Source of the DNA: a virus
Lineage: Duplodnaviria; Caudoviricetes
Direction: 5' to 3' (one strand)
Length of the DNA: 40,596 bases
IMG/VR virus record: IMGVR_UViG_3300032216_001207
Span: 1 to 40,596 of that record
Shown here: piece by piece, positions 1 through 8,099 of the stretch
Position numbering within the stretch: the first letter of the stretch is position 1
Layout: every line of letters begins with the position of its first letter
The notes under the pieces: model-generated
Database searches by the model: none
What the model was told of the DNA's origin: nothing
The model's input: only the letters and a program-made list of their open reading frames with translations
Position numbers and translations under genes: made by a program

Positions 1-1
1 A

Positions 2-1399
2 GCGCGACTTGGCCACCCGAATCAAAGTGCGGTCCGGGTAGCGGTGAACCACCACGCCTAGGTCGGCCTTGTTGTACCAATGCGCGGAGTCCGAAATATC
101 GTAGAGCGTCGGGATGCGGTAAGAGCCATTCTCGTCCTTCTGTTGCTTCGAAGGGTGAGCCACGACGATCAAGTGAACCATCATCTTTTTGGCAAACCGC
201 TTGAGTGCCTTAATGGCACGGCCCGTATATTCGGTCAGGCTTTCGTTCCCCCGGCGGCAGTGGTCCATTTCGTTCCAAGGATCGAGAACCACAATCCGGC
301 AATTGTGCTGAATGACGGCAGCCTCCAGCTTATCGAGCACCCATTCAAGGTCCACGTCTTCATCCTCACCCGGCACGAGGAAGACAAAATTATCGTCAAT
401 CCACTTGTCGGCCTTGGCCAATTCGCTTGGAAAAGATTCATGCACCGGCTTTGCGTTAAACCACGTCCGAAGGTTTCGGCGGTGGTCGCGCTGCGGCAGT
501 TGCTCGAACGAGGCAAAGGCCACCTTCAGCCCATGTGCGCTGACGAGTCGGCAGCACATATCGTTGACCAGCGAGGATTTGCCGTGTGACGGAATCCCCG
601 TCCAGACCGAGAAGTCACCTAGCCGGGCCTTGTAGTTGTTCGATAGGTACGGCATTCCGATATCGTAGATCGGGGCGTCCGGCACCGGCGGAAGCTCGGA
701 CATTTTGAAAACGCCCTCGACCTTCATCCATTGGGCGCGCTCAAGCGTTGCCTGCACGCCTTTAGGCCCATAGGCCACCAATACCTCGTTTAAGTCCTTA
801 AGCCTGCCAGAGCCGCCCACAGGGCCGTTGTCGGCCCCCGCCGGTGACTTGGGATAGATCACGAATTTGCAGCGGAACTTTCCCAGCCGCAAAGCGAGGT
901 CGTGCATGAGCATCGACCCGGGCCCGTCACCGTCAACCGCAATAATGATTTGCGGGACGCGGTCCAGCGTTAGCAGCTTGGCCACGTCGTCAAGGAACCG
1001 ATATTTGGTCGTGTCCTCCGGCAATTGCCGATCTGGCGCACCGCCGGGGACCGATACCGTTCGCAGGAACCCGCATTGCAGCGCGGCCAGCGCGTCCATT
1101 TCACCCTCTGTGATGACCAAAGGCTCACCGATCAGGCTATCATCCCGGAGGCAGTCCAGATTCCAAAAGCACTGTTCGCCGCCCGAGGTCTGCCAGAACT
1201 TTTTATCCGGCCCAAGGGTGCGGAACTTCTGATTAACGATTGTCCCGTCTTTAAAAAAATTGATGGTGAGGGCTTCACCACCACCTTTTCCTTTTAGGCT
1301 CTGCAGCCCGTATCGAACCGCTGTTTCCACGTCCAGATGGCGTGCCTCTAGCTGCGCCATAAGCCCCGCCGTTAGCGGTGCCCCCTCTTGAATTTCCAT
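2..1399 (-). CDS. Twinkle/T7 gp4-like Toprim primase + SF4 helicase (3' end runs off window)
   Basis: Not in the ORF track because it has no stop in the window. Manual translation from ATG 1399: MEIQEGAPLTAG...LVITEGEMDALAA (Toprim)...IIAVDGDGPG...KDLNEVL...VWTGIPSHGKSS (Walker A)...VVLDPWNEM (Walker B)...VVAHPSK...LYDISDSAHWYNKADLG...IRVAKSR. Confidence 0.93.
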   Translation of the reverse strand, partial: MEIQEGAPLTAGLMAQLEARHLDVETAVRYGLQSLKGKGGGEALTINFFKDGTIVNQKFRTLGPDKKFWQTSGGEQCFWNLDCLRDDSLIGEPLVITEGEMDALAALQCGFLRTVSVPGGAPDRQLPEDTTKYRFLDDVAKLLTLDRVPQIIIAVDGDGPGSMLMHDLALRLGKFRCKFVIYPKSPAGADNGPVGGSGRLKDLNEVLVAYGPKGVQATLERAQWMKVEGVFKMSELPPVPDAPIYDIGMPYLSNNYKARLGDFSVWTGIPSHGKSSLVNDMCCRLVSAHGLKVAFASFEQLPQRDHRRNLRTWFNAKPVHESFPSELAKADKWIDDNFVFLVPGEDEDVDLEWVLDKLEAAVIQHNCRIVVLDPWNEMDHCRRGNESLTEYTGRAIKALKRFAKKMMVHLIVVAHPSKQQKDENGSYRIPTLYDISDSAHWYNKADLGVVVHRYPDRTLIRVAKSR

Positions 1400-1631
1400 C
1401 GCCAATTCCCCCGCTCCAACCGCAGTGCAGGCAATGCCAGACCGCGCGTCCTTCCTCTAAATTTCCGCCCACAAGGGCCATTGGTCCTACCGCAACAGAC
1501 AAGCATGGTTTGCGCTTGTTGTGCCCCTTTCGGGTGTCGCTGCACTCCGGGCAGACCGTGTAACGGTTCCCCGGATCGTAGGTCTTCAAGCTGATACCAT
1601 GAGCCAACAATCGTTCGGCTATGTGTCCCAT
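1275..1631 (-). CDS. Primase Zn-binding domain encoded as a separate or frameshifted ORF
   Basis: CPEC...CLSV...WHCLHCGWSG matches the gp4/Twinkle-type Zn ribbon; the low-complexity tail overlaps the primase ORF by 125 nt. Confidence 0.85.
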   Translation of the reverse strand: MGHIAERLLAHGISLKTYDPGNRYTVCPECSDTRKGHNKRKPCLSVAVGPMALVGGNLEEGRAVWHCLHCGWSGGIGDGNSRGGTANGGAYGAARGTPSGRGNSGSIRAAEPKRKRWW

Positions 1632-1632
1632 A

Positions 1633-2538
<906 letters not shown>

Positions 2539-2541
2539 AGC

Positions 2542-2559
2542 GTGTTATAGACGTGATAC
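2542..2559. promoter_or_regulatory. 18-bp palindromic operator copy
   Basis: GTGTTAT-AGAC-GTGATAC, 3 nt upstream of the initiator ATG. Confidence 0.7.
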
Positions 2560-2618
2560 TTAGAGTCGAATTTCGACCCTTGCTGCATTTCTACGGCAAA
2601 CGCAAGCCGGATTTGATT

Positions 2619-2969
2619 TTAGTCAATCTCGACAACCTCTAAGTTGTGTAGAGCCTTGAGGAGTTTTTTCTTGAGGCGATAGATCGGGGTCTTTGTTGGA
2701 AGGCTTTTTACGTCTTCAATGACCACCGCGCCGGTTGCTATGACCCGGTAACGAAAGTCGGCGACATAGGTGCAAACCTTCTGGCCGTTAATGACCATAT
2801 CAAACCGAGGCTGTGTTTCGAGGTCGGCTATCTCGCCAATCCGCTGCAGAATTCGAAGCGTGGTCCAGCGCTTGGCCTCCGCCTTTGAGTCGAACTTTTC
2901 TCCGTTTATTTCGGTTTTGACCGCTTTGAACTTGCTTTTGGCCGCGCCGCCCGTGTTGAACCGAAGCAT
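2619..2969 (-). CDS. DUF1064 PD-(D/E)XK nuclease (putative resolvase)
   Basis: SKFKAVKTEINGEKFDSKAEA...YVADFRY...VIEDVKS...YRLKKKL signature. Confidence 0.88.
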   Translation of the reverse strand: MLRFNTGGAAKSKFKAVKTEINGEKFDSKAEAKRWTTLRILQRIGEIADLETQPRFDMVINGQKVCTYVADFRYRVIATGAVVIEDVKSLPTKTPIYRLKKKLLKALHNLEVVEID

Positions 2970-3045
2970 GGAATCCCCCGCCTTGTGATCTGGAAACGGT
3001 AAGGATGCACCAAAGGCCCAACAAATATCAATCCATCGCGTTTGG

Positions 3046-3098
3046 GTGTCACCAGCGCAACATTTGAGTTGCGGTTAATGTCATGGCAGTGATACAAG
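3046..3098. promoter_or_regulatory. Divergent control region with two operator copies and a putative rightward sigma70-like promoter
   Basis: GTGTCAC-CAGC-GCAACAT (3046-3063) and ATGTCAT-GGCA-GTGATAC (3078-3095); TTGCGG-N18-TACAAG overlaps the second copy. Confidence 0.6.
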
Positions 3099-3135
3099 GT
3101 TTTAGTCGCATCGGCGGCCAGAGGAAGGACAAAAC

Positions 3136-4143
3136 ATGGCTTCAGTACCCGTACCAGACGAGGCGACTTGGTTCGCCTTGCGGGAGGCGCACGTTGGCGG
3201 CTCCGACATTTCCAGCCTTTTTTACAGCTACCTATTGGAAGATGGCACCGAAGCCGTCTTGCATATGTATGAGATGCCGCCAAAAGGCGCGCAGTGCTTG
3301 GGATGCCTTAGCCCACACACAACGGGTTACCGGCTCTGGCAAGAAAAGATGGGTCGGCTTATGCCCGACGATCTTGGCAACGTCGAGCGTGTGCAGGCGG
3401 GCGTTCACTTAGAACCGGCTTTGGCCACATGGGCAGCCAAGCGTTGGGATTGGAAGTTGCGCAAGGTTCGGCGCTATTGCAAACACGACTTGATTTATGG
3501 TTGGGGCGCAAGTCTCGATTATGAAGAGGCCAGCGGCGATATGGCACCTGTGGAATTTAAGAACGTAGACGGCCTAATGTTCAAGAACGGGTGGGTCACG
3601 GAAGACAATGAAATTATCATGCCGCCCTTGAATTATGTTTTGCAGTTGCAGCATCAGATTGGGGCGGTCAATGCGTCTTATGGTTGGATTGTGGCTTGCA
3701 TCGGCGGCAATCAGTTGATGAGAGGCCGCATAGCCCGCCACGAGCCGACACAGGCCCGTATCGCGGCGGCAGTCAATTCTTTCTGGATTGGCGTCGATTG
3801 CCAGATAGAGCCAACGTGGGTGGCTGACTATGACACGGTGGCTGACGCCTATCGGTACGGCAACGCAGGGGTCATTACTGACCTGACGGCAGATGAAACG
3901 GTGCCCGTCTTGTGCGAGCAGTATTTGGCAGCCAAAGAAGCGCTGAAGGAGATTGAGCAACAAGTCGATCTTCTTAAGGGCCAGATTGCGGCCAAAGTCG
4001 GAGAGGGTAACAAGGCCACGGCCAACGGTTACCGCCTGTCATGGCCAATTATTGAGCGCGCGGAAAAGATGATTCCAGAGCGCATCCAAAAGAGCCTGAC
4101 CTATCGGGGCGGCTTGACAATCACTCCATTGAAAGAGGTCTGA
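3136..4143 (+). CDS. YqaJ/lambda-Exo-type recombination exonuclease
   Basis: WFALREAHVGGSD...ASLDY...VEFKN...YVLQLQHQ; directly upstream of Bet; RBS GGAAGGA. Confidence 0.9.
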   Translation: MASVPVPDEATWFALREAHVGGSDISSLFYSYLLEDGTEAVLHMYEMPPKGAQCLGCLSPHTTGYRLWQEKMGRLMPDDLGNVERVQAGVHLEPALATWAAKRWDWKLRKVRRYCKHDLIYGWGASLDYEEASGDMAPVEFKNVDGLMFKNGWVTEDNEIIMPPLNYVLQLQHQIGAVNASYGWIVACIGGNQLMRGRIARHEPTQARIAAAVNSFWIGVDCQIEPTWVADYDTVADAYRYGNAGVITDLTADETVPVLCEQYLAAKEALKEIEQQVDLLKGQIAAKVGEGNKATANGYRLSWPIIERAEKMIPERIQKSLTYRGGLTITPLKEV

Positions 4144-4144
4144 A

Positions 4145-4918
4145 ATGACGCTCCCAACCACCACCGCCAAGGCCAGCCTTCTCCAAACCATTGCCGCTAA
4201 ATATGGCGTCGATCCTGAAAAGATGCTGACCACTCTTAAGGCAACCGCTTTTAAGTCCGACAAAGAGCCGGTGACCAACGAACAGATGATGGCCTTGTTG
4301 GTAGTTGCCAACCAATACGACCTAAACCCTTGGACCAAGGAAATTTACGCTTTTCCAGACAAGAAAAACGGGATCATCCCGGTGGTCGGGATTGACGGTT
4401 GGTCGCGGATTATCAACAGCAATCCGCTGTTTGATGGGATGGATTTCATAGACGCGCACGAAATGATTGAAAGCGCGTCTGGCGAACACAAGCCATGCCC
4501 GGCTTGGATTGAGTGCCGCATTTATCGCAAAGACCGATCACGCTTTATTGCGGTGCGCGAACGCTTTGCCGAATGCTACCGCGCGCCATTTAAGGGCCAA
4601 TATGGCGCGGTTAATGGGCCATGGCAGTCGCACACCAGCCGGTTTTTGCGCCACAAAGCCATGATTCAGGCCGCGCGCATTGCCTTTGGTTTTGCCGGGA
4701 TTTTTGATCCTGACGAGGCGGAGCGAATCAGGGAAGCGACCAACATTACTTCTGTTGTGACGGTGACCGACGCCAACTCTCGCAAGAGGACGGCCATGGC
4801 AGCCTTGGAGCAGTTTTCCGGCGGCGGGACTCAAACCGACCCCGCCGAACTTACAGCCGAAGGCGTCACGCCAGACGGCGAACTTATCGAGGAGCTAAAT
4901 GGTAACCCCGACGTCTAA
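4145..4918 (+). CDS. bet: Phage single-strand annealing recombinase (lambda Bet/RecT family)
   Basis: QMMALLVVANQYDLNPWTKEIYAFPDK..GIIPVVGIDGWSRIIN...PWQSH..RFLRHKAMIQAARIAFGFAGIFD.DEAERI, near-verbatim lambda Bet motifs. Confidence 0.95.
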   Translation: MTLPTTTAKASLLQTIAAKYGVDPEKMLTTLKATAFKSDKEPVTNEQMMALLVVANQYDLNPWTKEIYAFPDKKNGIIPVVGIDGWSRIINSNPLFDGMDFIDAHEMIESASGEHKPCPAWIECRIYRKDRSRFIAVRERFAECYRAPFKGQYGAVNGPWQSHTSRFLRHKAMIQAARIAFGFAGIFDPDEAERIREATNITSVVTVTDANSRKRTAMAALEQFSGGGTQTDPAELTAEGVTPDGELIEELNGNPDV

Positions 4919-5213
4919 AGGTGAACTGGAGCTTCAGATTGGCACTGCCTTTTCTGAAGTCCGACGAAGGCACAATTTCTGGCTCCGCAATCTTGCTGCC
5001 GAGTTAGGAGTTTGTGTCAATACGATCCGGTGGCACGAAAGCGGCGCGCGCATGATGCGGGCCGATATTGTGGTTAAAGCGGCCCAAATCATGGGCGTAA
5101 AGGTCGGCACATTGCTTGGCCAAGACAAGGAAGTGAACGCAGATGGCAGCATCGTTGAACAGGGTTTGCCTAATGGGAAACGTAGGACGCGACCCAGAGA
5201 TAAAGTCGTTTAA
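4899..5213 (+). CDS. XRE-family helix-turn-helix regulator
   Basis: IGTAFSEVRRRH..LRNLAAELGVCVNTIRWHESGAR...AAQIMGVKVGTLLG; overlaps bet and ssb. Confidence 0.8.
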   Translation: MVTPTSKGELELQIGTAFSEVRRRHNFWLRNLAAELGVCVNTIRWHESGARMMRADIVVKAAQIMGVKVGTLLGQDKEVNADGSIVEQGLPNGKRRTRPRDKVV

Positions 5214-5610
5214 CAACGGGGGCCGAATTGCAAACCTGACCTTGGCCACAAGCGAAAGCTGGAAGGACAAGGCCACCGGCGAGCGCAAAGAGCGGACAGA
5301 ATGGCACACCATTTCCATTCAAAACGATGGCCTTGTGAGCATTGTGGAGCGGTACGTCAAGAAAGGCTCAAGGCTCTATCTTGAGGGCGAATTGCGCACC
5401 CGCAAATGGGCCGACAAAGACGGCAACGACCGCTATTCGACCGAGGTCGTTCTTGTTGGGATGCAGTCGACCTTAAAATTGTTGGGCGATGCCAACAAGG
5501 ACGGGGCGCAGCGCGGCAGCCAAGAGGGCCAACAGGCAAACGGTGCAGCGACTGAACCTAGCAATGTCACGCATCAATCCGCTGACCTTGACGACGAAAT
5601 TCCGTTCTAG
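5143..5610 (+). CDS. ssb: Single-stranded DNA-binding protein
   Basis: SLNRVCLMGNVGRDPE...ATSESWKDKATGERKERTEWH...LEGELRTRKW...DLDDEIPF. Confidence 0.97.
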   Translation: MAASLNRVCLMGNVGRDPEIKSFNNGGRIANLTLATSESWKDKATGERKERTEWHTISIQNDGLVSIVERYVKKGSRLYLEGELRTRKWADKDGNDRYSTEVVLVGMQSTLKLLGDANKDGAQRGSQEGQQANGAATEPSNVTHQSADLDDEIPF

Positions 5611-5621
5611 GGATTAAAATT

Positions 5622-5942
5622 ATGAGCCACCAACCTGACCAAATTGATGAGGACGGCCCGCCTAAACTCACAGTGAAGCAGCGTTGGTGGCTGTTTCACA
5701 AAGCCAATCCACACGTCTATAAGCTATTCGAGCGGTTTACTTTTGAGGCAATAGACCGGGGCCACAAGCGATTAAGCGCATGGCTGTTGGTCAACCGAAT
5801 TCGATGGGAGACGTCAATTATAACCACCGGCGGGGATTTCAAGGTCTCAAACGACTATATCGCCTATTACGCCCGCCTGTTTATGGCGCGGCACCCAAAC
5901 CATGACGGATTCTTCAAAATCAAAGCACTTCGCAGAACCTAA
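5622..5942 (+). CDS. Conserved phage hypothetical protein (possibly nucleic-acid binding)
   Basis: FHKANPHVYKLFERFT...NRIRWET...FKVSNDYIAYYARLF pattern; in operon order. Confidence 0.7.
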   Translation: MSHQPDQIDEDGPPKLTVKQRWWLFHKANPHVYKLFERFTFEAIDRGHKRLSAWLLVNRIRWETSIITTGGDFKVSNDYIAYYARLFMARHPNHDGFFKIKALRRT

Positions 5943-5952
5943 AGGACCAACC

Positions 5953-6441
5953 ATGAGCAACCTAATTTTTCAAGACCAGCGTTCCTTCATGCGCTATTTT
6001 AACCAAGAGCCCGGGTCGGCCACGGCCAAGCTCTACAAATCGCTGTGCGACGAGGAATATGGCGAACTGCAGGCCGCTTGGCAGGCCCTACAGGATCGCC
6101 CTTGCGTCGAGCACGTCACCGAAGTCGCTGACGCCTGCTTAGACTTAATTTATGTTGCTATCGGCCTCATGCACGGCCTAGGGCTCGAACCGGCCCAAGC
6201 CCTTTGGGATGAAGTCCACCGGTCCAACATCGACAAGCTGAAGCACCCCTGCCTCGTTTGCGAGCAATATGGCGTCGAGGAAACTGACGGCAGCGGCGAC
6301 CCCGCGCAATGCCCGGCCTGCAAGGGTCAGGGCCACGTCTATGAGGTTCGCCTACGCAAGGATGGCAAAGTCATAAAGCCCGCCGGGTGGCGCGCGCCAG
6401 AGCTTCAGGCCATCATTGAGCAGATGACCGGCAAAACCTGA
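5953..6441 (+). CDS. MazG-like/PRA-PH all-alpha NTP pyrophosphohydrolase with Zn-ribbon insertion
   Basis: RBS AAAGGA then ATG 5953; EEYGEL...EVADACLDLIYV...WDEVHRSNIDK...RKDGKVIKP; inserted CLVC...CPAC. Confidence 0.85.
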   Translation: MSNLIFQDQRSFMRYFNQEPGSATAKLYKSLCDEEYGELQAAWQALQDRPCVEHVTEVADACLDLIYVAIGLMHGLGLEPAQALWDEVHRSNIDKLKHPCLVCEQYGVEETDGSGDPAQCPACKGQGHVYEVRLRKDGKVIKPAGWRAPELQAIIEQMTGKT

Positions 6442-6442
6442 A

Positions 6443-6718
6443 TTACTTTTTGGTTTGGTTAGTCAGGGCCGTCCATGCCGCTACGGTTTGGCGGTGGCGA
6501 GCCCGGCAGTCCTCATAGCGAATTACAGCGTCAGCCTCCCAAGCCAGCCTACCCGGGTCAATTAGCGGGTCAGGCGGGATTGGGAGGTTTTCGCATTCAG
6601 CCGCGAGGTTTGCCGGAATCAGCGGGAACGGAGACGGGGCCCTTTGCCCCCAAGTCAATGAGCAGCCACCGAGCAGCATCAGGAGCGGCGCAAACAGGAG
6701 GGGGCGCAGGCACGTCAT
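6443..6718 (-). CDS. o-spanin (Rz1-like lipoprotein)
   Basis: MTCLRPLLFAPLLMLLGGC lipobox, Pro-rich region, C-terminal C..RH; overlaps the 3' end of the Rz-like gene in another frame. Confidence 0.8.
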   Translation of the reverse strand: MTCLRPLLFAPLLMLLGGCSLTWGQRAPSPFPLIPANLAAECENLPIPPDPLIDPGRLAWEADAVIRYEDCRARHRQTVAAWTALTNQTKK

Positions 6719-6965
6719 GAAATATTTCCTTGATCTTGGTGTTAGTGACTTGGCGCGTTTCGTCGAGGGCTTTGCGCGCGGCCTCATACTTCCCGGACAT
6801 AGTCGCAAGCTGCACGTCAGCCGCCGCCTTAGCGTGACTGGCAGCCTGTAGAGCCTTTGTGGCCTCTGCAGCCGCTTGAAGGTCTCGAAGCCGCCAGCCG
6901 CCGCCGAACGCAGTTAAAACGATGCTTAAGGCCAAAACCGCATAGGCCATGGTTCGATTTATCAT
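6597..6965 (-). CDS. i-spanin (Rz-like)
   Basis: N-terminal TM ending GGGW, then coiled coil and a single C-terminal Cys; overlapping lipoprotein gene. Confidence 0.78.
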   Translation of the reverse strand: MINRTMAYAVLALSIVLTAFGGGWRLRDLQAAAEATKALQAASHAKAAADVQLATMSGKYEAARKALDETRQVTNTKIKEIFHDVPAPPPVCAAPDAARWLLIDLGAKGPVSVPADSGKPRG

Positions 6966-7270
6966 GACGCGCCATCCTCGCTCATTTCAATATCGGCACC
7001 GGTCTTGCTAATTCCTGCTTTCAGCCGACCAACCGGTCCACCTAAGAGCAGGCCCAAGATGACGGCAATCATCCCGGAGGCAAGGCCAACGATTGATCCC
7101 CCTAAGACGGTGATCCGCTGCGCTTGCGTGTCAACCGACCAACCGCCAAGCCAAACAATCAGAACCACGCCAATAAGCGATAGGCCGCAGAACACCCCGG
7201 CCATGCTCGCAAGCACTAAGGCAAGGGCGCGTTGACCTTCTGGAAACGAAAGGGGCGGCGGAAACTTCAT
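6962..7270 (-). CDS. Two-TM membrane protein, putative holin
   Basis: Two long hydrophobic segments and a charged C-tail; directly upstream of the spanins. Confidence 0.55.
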   Translation of the reverse strand: MKFPPPLSFPEGQRALALVLASMAGVFCGLSLIGVVLIVWLGGWSVDTQAQRITVLGGSIVGLASGMIAVILGLLLGGPVGRLKAGISKTGADIEMSEDGAS

Positions 7271-7788
7271 GCAAGGTTCTTTATCAGATGATCAGTTGAA
7301 TTCAAAAGCGCGGTTATGGACGTCGCGTTGTTAATTAGATGGTCCTCTGTGATGTTTTGCTGCATCCGCTCTGAGGCGTGAGAATCCATGGTTAGCCCGG
7401 GTCGGTAGACGCGCCACAAAACCCCGCCCATAGCGCGAATTGCGGCAGCCTCATTTGGAAAGCGCACGTCATCCACCACCACATTGCCGGTCTGCAGGGC
7501 CACGTCTCGCCGCCACACGTTGACCCAAATGTCAGTATGAATGTTTCGACGGCCCCACTCTGTGCCAAGGGTTTGCAAGAGGTGGCGCGGCGTGACGCCG
7601 CCAAAGACTGAGTTTGGCGTCATTTTGGCTTCGCCGTCTATTTCCTCGTCAGTTAAGCCAAGGCCAAGGCGCAACATCCGCTTGATAGGATCGGCAAAGC
7701 GCATTCGCTCAAATTCATATTCTTCGACAAGGTGTTTGGCGACGAGGGTTTTGCCGCTTCCGGCCAGCCCAAGAATTCCGATAATCAT
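7267..7788 (-). CDS. Deoxynucleoside monophosphate kinase (T4 gp1-like)
   Basis: IIGILGLAGSGKT P-loop; RFADPIK; TPRHLLQTLGTEWGR; DDVRFPNEA; HASE. Confidence 0.92.
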   Translation of the reverse strand: MIIGILGLAGSGKTLVAKHLVEEYEFERMRFADPIKRMLRLGLGLTDEEIDGEAKMTPNSVFGGVTPRHLLQTLGTEWGRRNIHTDIWVNVWRRDVALQTGNVVVDDVRFPNEAAAIRAMGGVLWRVYRPGLTMDSHASERMQQNITEDHLINNATSITALLNSTDHLIKNLA

Positions 7789-7790
7789 AG

Positions 7791-8099
7791 CTAGCTTTCC
7801 TGTTTTGGGTATTTGGCCTTAACCGCATCGCACGCAGCGACATAGGCGTCCCATGGCCCAGTGACGCCTTTTTCTTTCCAATAGAGCGCGTCGGCAAAGT
7901 CAGTTACCGAAGGATATTCAGCAGCCCGTTGCTCTGCATATATAACGAGGTCTTTATATCCACTTTCGGTCCACTGACGGTGACTTGCATTAGGGTCGGC
8001 CTCGTTTTCGGACAAGACCTCCCATTCGTCAAAGTTATAGCCTTCCAGCGATTCAACCACGGCCACGTTGCCGGAAAGGGTGTGCTTGATTAGGTTCAT
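7791..8099 (-). CDS. Tail-fibre-associated/assembly protein
   Basis: C-terminal YAEQRAAEYPSV.D..DALYW...CDAVKAKYPK motif of the kind seen after phage fibre genes; follows the central fibre. Confidence 0.65.
   Translation of the reverse strand: MNLIKHTLSGNVAVVESLEGYNFDEWEVLSENEADPNASHRQWTESGYKDLVIYAEQRAAEYPSVTDFADALYWKEKGVTGPWDAYVAACDAVKAKYPKQES

Noticed and set aside
80-1297. Several + strand ORFs (80-589, 312-635, 867-1232, 1025-1297)
   Set aside because: Antisense to the primase-helicase that the ORF track missed
2906-3283. 125-aa - strand ORF as a possible Cro/repressor in the divergent region
   Set aside because: No HTH pattern; overlaps the exonuclease antisense and spans the operator/promoter region
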